From: Tubiluchus corallicola
Taxonomy: Eukaryota > Animalia > Priapulida
Reading direction: 5' to 3'
DNA length: 64,000 nucleotides
NCBI GenBank assembly: GCA_030141605.1
Contig: JAQGDQ010000475.1
Location: forward strand, 1 to 64,000
The notes beneath the pieces are model-generated. The model was not told where the DNA came from, made no database searches, and was given only the letters and a program-made list of their open reading frames with translations. The position numbers and the translations under genes are program-made. Shown one piece after another: positions 28,135-44,268 of the stretch (its first letter is position 1; each line of letters starts with the position of its first letter).

Positions 28135-29133
28135 ATGGCACTAATACCCCCAAACAGCAGTTCTGTGAAAGTTTTCTGCCTCATTTTTGTTGCACTGGAT
28201 GTCAGCACGTATACGAGCATATATGAAGATTGCAACTTCACTATATCCACGTGTAATGTAACTAAAATATGGAAATTATATTGCACGATAGATTGCGATG
28301 GCAAGCAAATGGACTTGGATTCCACAAAACTGGAGGAAATATCAAATTCGGTCCCATATCCAGGTTTTGGTCTTAAACTGAATTTAAGAATCACCTCGTT
28401 TAAAGCGAAAAGTTTGCCAAATAATTTTTTGGAAGGCAAGCATGTTAACACCCTGGCAATCGCACATGGCCACATGGACGACCTCGGAGAAAACTTTACG
28501 CAAGGCTCGGCTACATATGTCCATTTGAACTACATTAAAGGAATGAAAGTGATTCACCCCAAAGCATTTTACAATATGCATCGTTTAGAGTTTCTTCAAT
28601 TGAAGCTCTGCAAAAGTCTCACAACTGCAAACCTCGATTTTTCAAACAATCCTAAATTTCGATACATCACTATCTCGTTCACGAAAATAAGTCGCATGAC
28701 AAAACCACTCCTGCACAGAAACAATAGCTTTCTTAACGTGAAATTCTATTTGCAAAGCAGCAGATTAGTTTGTGACTGCGATGCTATCTGGATAATGCAA
28801 GTAAAATGGAAGAAAGTTCGGGTGGACTGCTACAAGCCACGAATATACAATCCACTAAAAATTTCAGACTTTAACTGCAGCTTAAATAACATCAGGGCTC
28901 TTATCCATGGAGGAACTTCAACAACACAGACAAACATATTCTTGACAATACTTTTGACAATCTGTACCAGCAAATATGAACGGAATTTGGCTTTAGTGAA
29001 GTTTAAACAAAGTACATGTCACTTAGTATGCATGGTTTTACGTTACTGGTGTCATTTAAACTTAGAAAAATATAAGAAAGAAATTTGGTGGGTGGGTCAA
29101 CGACATTTAAATAATCAATATTTTTTTTTCTAG
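28135..29133 (+). CDS. LRR/LRRCT surface or secreted protein copy 2
   Basis: Single ORF with an N-terminal hydrophobic segment (VFCLIFVAL), Cys N-cap, LRR strands, IHPKAFYNMHRLE, LVCDCDAIW..CYKP cap and hydrophobic NIFLTILLTIC. A possible acceptor lies in frame at 28104/28105. Confidence 0.7.
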   Translation: MALIPPNSSSVKVFCLIFVALDVSTYTSIYEDCNFTISTCNVTKIWKLYCTIDCDGKQMDLDSTKLEEISNSVPYPGFGLKLNLRITSFKAKSLPNNFLEGKHVNTLAIAHGHMDDLGENFTQGSATYVHLNYIKGMKVIHPKAFYNMHRLEFLQLKLCKSLTTANLDFSNNPKFRYITISFTKISRMTKPLLHRNNSFLNVKFYLQSSRLVCDCDAIWIMQVKWKKVRVDCYKPRIYNPLKISDFNCSLNNIRALIHGGTSTTQTNIFLTILLTICTSKYERNLALVKFKQSTCHLVCMVLRYWCHLNLEKYKKEIWWVGQRHLNNQYFFF

Positions 29134-30409
29134 TTACATAAGTTTTTCAAGCAGGTAAGAGAAATGCTAAGTAACATAATTTTGCATAGAAAGTTTTTTG
29201 GGACATAGTTTAGCATTTCCTCTTCTTCCTCTGATTTACGTGGCGTAGTGACGTCATGTAATGGCGCCGTGGGAACAATAGTGCGAGAGATTTAAAATGA
29301 AAACAAACGAAAATTCCTTTTAACGCGAGCACCATATACGCTTAAAATTGCTATAACGTAATATAATTTTTTATAGCGATTTTCTGAAACCTTCTACAGA
29401 CACCTCTTCTCTTGTCCTTATTTTTAATAAATTACAACGCCCCATTAAGAAACAACTGTAGCTTAAGCTATATTTTAACATTTATATAGAAGCATGTCAC
29501 ATAACTGCTTGTGGTGTGTTGTAAAATACATCTTCAGATGTATATGAAAGGATACGCACTTTGCGACGAGAATAGGGTTTTTTTAACACATAGTCCTTAA
29601 AATCTGGCGGCTATCATAACATAGCACCCTAGCCTGTAGGTAGTTAGCCTATTGGTAGATACGCCCCCGTTAATATCCAACACCCAAATAGCATTTTAAC
29701 TGATGCTGTAGACAACATTTTTTATGTACTTTTTGATTAGAACTTAAATTTTGCGTGTAATTATCATACACAGTTTCATTGTATATTCATTATACATCAC
29801 TTATACACACTGCCAATAAGTTTAGCCGGCTCGCTTAAACTGTGCTAAATCAAAACACTTAAAATTGGTAGTATAATTATAATGCAAACCAAAACTTCTT
29901 TACTGCAAAGGCTGGTGCACACCAGCGACTGGGGGCAAATTCTTGTGTAAGCCTGTATAGGCTGAGGCCTAGGGCCCTTTTGGGTTGGGCGTCCTCAAGC
30001 GTTGGTAACGTTTGTTAGAAAATCTCTTTTTTCACTTCAGTTATATTGAATTACATGCAGATTTGAGTTGCAATAAATTGGTGGCATTTCTAAAGAACAT
30101 TTTTATTGACAAGCAAAATATAGTTATTCTAGTTTATTTAAAAAAATTGCATTAGTTTACTTCGAGCTACATAAATGTCGTTAAAGGAAAATCGTATGAT
30201 TGTGTAAACACTAGTTCAGAATAAAGAATCCTCTAAAATATTGAAAACTACAATAGGTTTTTTTAAAATGAAAGCTTAGATTAAATAATAATTACCTCGG
30301 ATACTCATATTTCGTTAAACTTTCAAAGCAACGCGCGGCTCAGTGAATCTGCTAAGATTGGCAACGACGCTTTTTGTCACATGCGAGTGGCTGACAAATA
30401 GAAGGTGGT

Positions 30410-30524
<115 letters not shown>

Positions 30525-30791
30525 AATGCTGGACCTGATGAAGATGCGTATTTAAAAGCGGACGTCGCTAAGATGCTTCTGATGGTCCAGTACCTCATCA
30601 TAGAGAGTAAGGTTTATGAGGTGATATCGGTGCTCCCACTGGCATCAATTTTTAGTTATCGAGTGCAGTTTGCAGATTGTACAGAAAAATCCAACGCCAT
30701 GTAAGATTTTTATATTAATTTTACTTTGGGTGCTACGAAACACGTGCACATTATGTATTATTTCATAACATGGTCACACATCTAGTTTCAG

Positions 30792-35822
<5,031 letters not shown>

Positions 35823-36142
35823 TCGTGACCATGGACATTCTGGGAGGATGTACATGCAAGCAAAACGTGGAAGAGACCTTCTGATGGTGGTCAAAGATCC
35901 TGCGACTTCTTGGGAATTTGACCTGTTGCAAATCTTTTAACTTTAACGATGTCTCTAATACACACCCTTTAATTAGTGAAGCAATTTTCTTGTAAAGAAT
36001 TTCACAATGATGACAAAATTTAAACTTTAGCCAAGGAATCAGTGGTGGCTCGTATATATTAATTTCGATGGTATGATATATATATATATATATAGATCGC
36101 CGCAAATGGTGCCGCCGTCAAAGCTGTAGCCTCGACTCTTAT

Positions 36143-36870
36143 ATATAAGATTCGAGGCTACAGTTTCGACGACGCTACCATTTGCGGTGATCTATACATC
36201 AAACGAAAGGTCTCGATCTAGTGTCGTTCCATTGGGGGGTTTATTTTTCGAATCGAGCCCACCGGGACCAACGTGGGGGGGGGGGCGAAAAACCTCCAAA
36301 AATGGCCATTTTTCGGCCGTTTTTTGCAAAACTTATACCTCTTATTTCTAGAGAACGAGAATGTGCCGGGAGCGGTGTCAATAATGGTTAGATAGCCCGT
36401 TCAGCGGTGGGTGTAGTAGGCGTATTTAGAATTCGCGAGAGGGCCTCAGTGTTCCGTAACGAACGTTTTTCCGGACCCAACTCCCGATTTTTTCGAAATT
36501 TTGGCTAAACAGCCTATAGAAAAAACGTTCTAGGGGCGTTCAGTGGGACTCTCAATAGGAGATATTTAGATAGCTCTTTAGAAAGAGGAAGAATAGGGCT
36601 ACACGTTGATGTGGGCTATGTTTTAGGGCAGGTCCACCGAGAGGAGTAACGACGAGTTAATTAGATATTCTATTTTTGGCAATTTTCGCTTGGAAAACTG
36701 CTGACGCAAAGCCATTGTTCTGACGTCATCCATTATACTCTGCCGGTAACTTTAATTCAATAAAAGCTGCTGCTAGCTTTGCGTTGTGAATGAGGACTAT
36801 GTAGGATGTTCGCGTATTTTTGATTATAAGTGTATTTTTACGCACAATTTTTTGCTGGGCCTTTGCTACG
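36143..36870 (+). mobile_element. Non-autonomous Helitron-like element (same family)
   Basis: Full-length copy; begins at (TA)n and ends ..gggcctttgctac. Partial copies at about 59580-59880 and 62215-62400 (minus). Confidence 0.68.
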
Positions 36871-36874
36871 TACA

Positions 36875-37347
36875 CTGGAACTGCAGCAGCCCCTGTTTTC
36901 ACTCAATATTGTCGATAATATTCAGTATAATAAGTCTTCTTCTTTAGTTCTTTTTTATAATTGTACAGAACGAGAGCATGTGAGGGTAGTACTCTACTTC
37001 ACAGCCCAGGACAGTGCGCTCCAGCAACGCGGTGTTTGGCTGTTGTGTACACATGTCTGAAGCCAAGTAGAGAAAGTACTGTCGTTCATACAGTTTGTTG
37101 TCAGTTGTCACGTGCTTACCGTGAATGGATCAAGCTTGAACTGTGACATTTAGGCCATTAGTAAGCAACTTTTTTTGGTTTAAGATTTTATTAAGTTTAC
37201 GTATAAAGTTTCATACATTTGTTGGTTTAAAATTACAATTACAACACTAAAATTACATACGTTTGTTTCGTTTTACACAGTATTAAAACAATGGCTAGAA
37301 ATTTTCTGAACAAGCACCCCCAGTAATTTTAGCCTAGAGCCGCCACA
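36875..37347 (-). mobile_element. Second copy of the 9718-10211 MITE
   Basis: Reverse-complement similarity over about 470 nt, ending gagccgccac. Confidence 0.6.
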
Positions 37348-37736
37348 GCCAGCAATCCCTGTACCCAAGAATGCCAAGGGTCGAAATATCAAAAGCAGTA
37401 GCAAAACGGGTACTACGACCGAACTGTCGACGTTTACGAATGAAAAGACAAATTTTGTGGATCTTCCACGAAATTAGTAAAAGTGTTATGTGTTATTAAT
37501 AATAAGTTAAGTGTTGTGTGTTATTAATAATCAGTATAACGAAACCGTGGTTTTTACCATACATACATTTCACACGAATCAAACAACAGCTGAAATTATT
37601 ATTACTGATTTCTTTGGTTATTTTAGCACTTAGCTGCCAATAATAGCAAAATTTGCAATCTTGATTTTAAATCTAGTCATTGCAGTATTAATCATTGTTT
37701 ATTGTTAGGTTAGTGTAAATTGAGACGATTACTGAA

Positions 37737-38222
37737 ATATTACAATTATTGTACATATGATAACCAGACGGTGAGATGATTACAATTATTGTACATACGA
37801 TAACCAGATGGTGAGATGATTACAATTATTGTACATATGATAACCAGACGGTGAGATGATTACAATTATTGTACATACGAATACGATAACCAGACGGTGA
37901 GATGATTACAATTATTGTACATACGATAACCAGACGGTGAGATGATTACAATTATTGTACATACGATAACCAGATGGTGAGATGATTACAATTATTGTAC
38001 ATACGATAACCAGATGGTGAGATGATTACAATTATTGTACATATGATAACCAGACGGTGAGATGATTACAATTATTGTACATACGAATACGATAACCAGA
38101 CGGTGAGATGATTACAATTATTGTACATACGATAACCAGACGGTGAGATGATTACAATTATTGTACATACGATAACCAGACGGTGAGATGATTACAATTA
38201 TTGTACATACGATAACCAGACG
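37737..38222. repeat. 40-bp minisatellite, about 12 copies
   Basis: TACAATTATTGTACATACGATAACCAGACGGTGAGATGAT. Confidence 0.92.
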
Positions 38223-38789
38223 GGTATTTTTTTGTTTTAAATTTGTTTATTATAAACAAGTATTTGTTTACAAGTTAGGCATATCAAGTTTATTTAAATG
38301 TATATCACTAAGTGCGTTATACACTACAAACACTTTGATGCACATATTTACATGTGCCGTCTTAAAGAACGTAAGATTCTCGTTCGTACAATTCTCTACC
38401 TCAAGCGAATCAAGCTGATGTGAAATCATTAGGATGCTGGTATTATTGTTTGAAGAGTTTTTTTTTGTACATATGATTTATGTTTATACAATAACAAGCA
38501 GTGAATGACAATCATTATGGTACATTCGTTATTATTGTTGCTACAGCGTTCTAGTTCTTAAACTATACACCAGTTGCAGAAACTACCTGTAAGTCATGCA
38601 ATCTATGATAGCTTTTTACATTTGCATTATGCACTAAACGTCAGTTTTGAAATAAATCTCCGAAAGACACAACAACAAAACAATTCATCATCATAAACTT
38701 GACAATAACAATAGAAGCAAAACTAGTGCCCCCTGTACTGTTTTATCTAAACATAACTGCGTAGAGTTAGCTTACTTTAGTATGATGTG

Positions 38790-39096
38790 CAGTGAGTCCT
38801 CACTTAGCGACGCTAACGCGACCAACAAAATGTGACAATGTGTCGTTAAAAGTTGTTAAACGAATCAAAATGTCGTTAAAAGAAAAACAAAACATCCATA
38901 GAAATTAATGCAAAAGCAACGAGATGCGTTCCAAAGGCAAAAATCAATGCTACTTAAACCACATGAATTAAACGTTTTTTTGAGTTTTATGGGTTCTGCT
39001 GACTAATTTCTTTCTGCTTGCTTAGAGGGTGTCAAATGTTCAGCTCGTTAAAACGAAACGTCGCAAAACGGGGAGTCGTTAAGCGAGGACTAACTG
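38790..39096. mobile_element. Tigger-like MITE
   Basis: CAGTGAGTCCTCACTTAGCGAC ... GTCGTTAAGCGAGGACTAACTG|TA imperfect TIRs. Confidence 0.6.
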
Positions 39097-39389
39097 TAAA
39101 TTAAAGAACTACAAACCAAACTGATTAAGACGTGTAGGAAAAGGAACTACGTGGATGTCGTGCATAATTGCTTGTTTGGGGAAGTAAAACAACTGACAAT
39201 AAGATGGAAAAGTATTTTAATGCATTGAAACATCGTTAACGAATTGCAGATTCCAAATGCACGAAATACTCAGGCATATGACCCGTCCTGAAGCATTGGT
39301 AAAGTTTGCAATCTTGAGCATATACTAAAGCATTGCTCAGCATGCCTGGTCTAGACGTCTGCTAAAGCGAGCAAATTTGAGGCATATGA

Positions 39390-40015
39390 CTATGTTCTAA
39401 ATATTGGTAAAGTGTGCAATCTTGAGCATGTCCTAAAGCACTGGTAAAGTGTGCAATCCTGAACTCATCCTTAAAGCACTGGTAAAGTGTGCAATCTTGA
39501 ACTCATCCTTAAAGCGCTCACAAAACACCCTTGACCATGTTCTAAAGTACTGACAAAGTGTGTGACCTTGAGGTGTACAACTACATCGCAAAGTTCTGCG
39601 AAAGTGTGCAGTCTTAACCATGTTCTAAACCAAAGGCAAAGTGTGCAATATTGACCATGTTCTAAAGAGCTGACAAAGTGTGTGACCTTGAGGTGTACAA
39701 ATACGTCGCAAAGTATTGTGAAAGTGTAGAGTCTTAACCATGTTCTAAACCGAAGGCAAAGTGTGCAATATTGACCATGTTCTAAAGTATTGACAAAGTG
39801 TGTGACCTTGAGGTGTACAACTACGTCACAGAGTTCTGTGAAAGTGCACAGTCTTAACCATGTTCTAAAGTATTGACAAAGTGTGTGACCTTGAGGTGTA
39901 CAACTACGTCACAGAGTTCTGTGAAAGTGCACAGTCTTAACCATGTCGTAAACCAAAGGCAAAGTGCGCAATCTTGACCATGTTCTAAAGTGCTGTTAAA
40001 GTATGTAATCTTGAG
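39390..40015. repeat. Complex minisatellite (about 40-bp subunits, about 120-bp higher order)
   Basis: Recurring ccatgttctaaa..aaagtgtg..cttga units. Confidence 0.75.
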
Positions 40016-41599
40016 ACATATCACAATATTCTATCCATTGTTCTAAATCGGGTTAAAAAGTTGGCAATCTTGACGAGCATGACCAAATGGTCTTGTAAAG
40101 ATCAGTGTACGCATTGCTATATGCCCTCTGCAGTGTCTTAAAGAATTTTCACAAGTTTTTGTACGTTACGTCATTTGTCAGAAGGCAGTGACTGACGCTC
40201 AAGGAAAAAACTTACAAAACACTGACGGAAGGCACTCTCGAAAGAAATTTGGACTTCATCCAAGTCAAGATTGCACGGTGTAAGAAGTCTCAAAGCTGTG
40301 CAAAAATGATTGCACATGGATCAGCAACATCTTCGACAATGTTTCGAACCATTAAAATTTTGTGTGATATACTACCCGTACCTCCGCAGCAAAAAATTAT
40401 GTACCACCCTGTACAACATTAAACAACTGCACATCGACACAAGCTGGAATGCTATTCTATAATATACTATCGTATGGAATAAGGCTTTGTATAGTATCAA
40501 AATATCAAAGTAATTATGGCACAGACTATGGAAACTGTGGGAACGGTGACAATGATCAATTACAATTGCTATAACAACAGTCATGATAACATTACTACAT
40601 TCAATTGATGGCTGGCTGGCTTCATAAAAATTTCATAATTTATAGCAACGCCAAGAACACCAATGGCGCGTTAGAATGTGCACGTACTAGTGTACCAGAT
40701 TATAAATCCAGATCCAGGTCTAGATTAAAGATCCAGATCCATGTTCAGATTATAGATCCAGATCCATGACCAGATTATAGTTCCATATCCACGTCCAGGA
40801 TGAAAGTATAAGAAGCAACAACGAAATGGACAAAACTGTACCAACAGCAGCCTGACTGACTGACCGACCGACTTCAACAACAGCATCGAATAAACTCACC
40901 TAACTGCACTCAAATTATAGGCAACTACAACAGCGACCAGAGGTTTACTTTGTCCCCGTTACTACAGCCAAACAAGACAGTTTTCACCTATTATCTTACA
41001 TATATATAATTTATTTTCAAAACTACCAATATACACAGTAATCATAATCTTTACAACTTCAACTAGTATTTCATTATAACTAAGTAACGTATTTTTGCTT
41101 GGCAATTTAAACTATACATTAGTAAAAGAAGCCAAAATGCCCATTAAGTCTTAAAAAATCTTTATTTTTCTCAGAAGCATTCGTCGCACACGGACTTCAT
41201 CAGCTGCACAGAGTAATAAAATAATAGAGTTATAGGAAAATTCATGTGACACTTATATAAAAGCCGCTGTAGTAACTGCCTGTGGTGTGTTATAAAATGC
41301 GCCTTTTACATAAATGTGAAAGTATACATATTTTCCGAGGACAATAAGAAAGATAGACATGTGGCACTTATATAAAAGCCGCTTCAGTAACTGCCTGTGG
41401 TGTGTTATAAAATGCACCTTTTACATAAATGTGAAAGTACACACATTTTCCGAGGAGAATAAGAACTTTTTCTAAAATCTGACGCCTCTCAAAGTTTGGC
41501 GCCCTAGGCTACATGCTGCAAGTCTTGAAGAGTCTGGCCCTTACAACTCTGTAGTATAGACGCAAAAGACAAGACGTAATTCAAAGAATTCGCATCCTT

Positions 41600-42830
41600 A
41601 AATGTACAAAAGCCATCAGCATTTTTCCATCGACAGACATAATGAATGTAATCAATGTGATGGTAAGAGAGGTCACTCCGACAAGATTAAGGAAAGAACA
41701 GTTCCCTAACAGATGGAGTAGGAGTAGGTTCACATTTACAATGCGAGTAATTAATGAATGTAATCAATGCGATGGTACCAGAGGTCACTATTACAAAATT
41801 AAGAAAAGAACAGTTCCCCAACAGATGGAGTAGGAGTAGGTTCACATTTGCAATGTAAGTGATTAATGAATGTAATCAATGTGATGGTACCAGAGGTCAC
41901 TCCGACAAGATTAAGAAAAGAACAGTTCCCCAACAGATGGAGTAGGGGTAGGTTCACATTTGCAATGTAAGTGATTAATGAATGTAATCAATGTGATGGT
42001 CCGACAAGATTAAGAAAGGAATAGTTCCCCAACAGGTGGAGTAGGAGTAGGTTCACATTTACAATGCGAGTAATTAATGAATGTAATCAATGCGATGGCA
42101 CCAGAGGTCACTCATACAAGATTAAGAAAAGAACAGTTCCCCAACAGATGGAGTAGAAGGCGGGGTACATTTGCAATGCGAGTGATTAATGAATGTAATC
42201 AACGTGATGGTACCAGAGGTCACTCCGACAAGATTAAGAAAAGAACAGTTCCCCAACAGATGGAGTAGGAGTAGGTTCACATTTGCAATGTAAGTGATTA
42301 ATGAATGTAATCAATGTGATGGTCCGACAAGATTAAGAAAGGAATAGTTCCCTAACAGATGGAGTAGGAGTAGGTTCACATTTACAATGCGAGTGATTAA
42401 TGAATGTAATCAATGTGATGGTCCGACAAGATTAAGAAAGGAATAGTTCCCCAACAGGTGGAGTAGGAGTAGGTTCACATTTACAATGCGAGTGATTAAT
42501 GAATGTAATCAATGCGATGGTACCAGAGGGCACTGCTACAAGATTAAGAAAGGAACAGTTCCCCAACAGGTGGAGTAGGAGTAGGTTCACATTTGCAATG
42601 TAAGTGATTAATGAATGTAATCAATGCAATGGCACCAGAGGGCACTGCTACAAGATTAAGAAAAGAACAGTTCCCCAACAGATGGAGTAGGAGTAGGTTC
42701 ACATTTGCAATTTGAGTAATTAATGAATGTAACATGCTGCTCGACACGGTAGTTTAAGCCTCTAATCCTGAGAAGTTCAAGATTCGTCTCGGTAGATACT
42801 GGAAATGCAATCCAGAAAAATATGCAGACC
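41600..42830 (+). mobile_element. CR1-like 3' fragment tandemly amplified (about 10 units of 112 or 99 bp)
   Basis: Units encode TRGHSDKIKK and FxxRVINECN. The last unit continues to NPEKFKIRLGRYW, resembling a CR1 ORF2 C-terminus. Confidence 0.65.
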
Positions 42831-44268
42831 TTGGGTTGCCACAATGGCAACAAGAAATCGTGTGCCACACTTCATGATCGCAGTGTAGCCACCTATTTTG
42901 TTTATTTTTAATAAAGTAAACAAGAAACAATGGAGAGGTCCATATAAGCTGTTATACTTAACCTCTATCCTTCCACAGTAACAGTAATGGTAAAACAAAG
43001 CTATTCAGTGTCCTTAGTTAGCAAAGAAAATTCATAAAGAAGCCATATTAAAAACTGAACTAGAAGAAATATTAAACTTACTAAGTGAGAAAAACTAAAT
43101 TAGTAATTTCACTTGGTTCTTCTAATATATTTGCTAATGTGGCTTCTTTTATTTTAATGACGCTGTATGGCTTCGCTTTAGAAGTAGTTTTAAATGTAAT
43201 TTTTGTTACTGTACTTCTCTGTCCAGCCGGATGAAGTCTGCGAGGGGCGAAATCTTCTGGAAAAATAGAGACTTTATGAGATTGAAATCATGACTCCATG
43301 TGCAAGTAATGTTTAATGCGTGATCTGTGATCCGTAATGCCAGATGTGTATCCATGTTTCCATGTGTCCGTAAACGCCATGCATATTAACAAAACTCGCG
43401 GCGCTCTTTCTGCCATTTTTGGTCGCTATTCGTGAAAATTGCAAGCAATAACTTTTGGAAACCATGTCTCTGTCGAAATTTAAGCGTGATGATTACAGCT
43501 GTGGCATTAGCTTGCTGTTGTACTATTAGATGGAAAAGAAGCACATGTTTTGGGTGCACAACATTTTGGAGGGGAAAGTACAATGGACAGGTATCATCAT
43601 TTAGTGATACTGCAGTCAGATGCACAACACATAACTACATGCTTCTTCCACCTCTCAAGAACTCAAATATTATTGTTTATAGGTCCTAAAGTTACCAAAA
43701 CTCACCTACTATAACTTTCAGAAAGCTAAACAGCAAAAATGGTCAAGAGAAACTTGAAAACTCGCTATAATCACCAAGGCAACGGCGGTTTCCTGCCTGC
43801 GTATTGCTGCGCGATGCGTATTTGGACGATAGTGATCATGCTTTAATGAATACGGATCACGCATTTCTTACACATGGAAACACTTCTACACATTTAAGCA
43901 CAAACTGTCGCATATCCACCATGCATTACGTATGCAAGGATCGGCATTTTGACATCTTTGGCTGTTATGACCACAGCGCATCTCCAGTAAAACATTATCT
44001 TAGATATTTGTGACACTGAAAAATGAATTTCCCTAATACAAATACCTGTAGAGTGAAAATAATATCACACGGATTGCTAAGTAATTTATACAGTACACAC
44101 GATGCTAAGAATAAGCATTAGGAATGGATAAACTAGAAGGCTACAGTATTTCAATGCACCATTTAACATCAATTGTCGAATACGTCAAAAAAGATGTTCG
44201 TTTTCAGAAGTTTTAATTTTATTCTGTTAGATGCAGGAAAACAGCAAGGGAAGGCGGGCAATTGTATA

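Larger units (their letters stand above)
24303..29418 (-). mobile_element. Kolobok-like element split into two halves (24303-24603 and 29086-29418) around a ~4.5-kb insert carrying two LRR ORFs
   Basis: TTAA|AGCACAAG at the left and CTTGTCCT at the right. The two halves are nearly contiguous in intact copies (..gtgagtgg-cgcaccc-tggagggtgg..). Confidence 0.6.
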
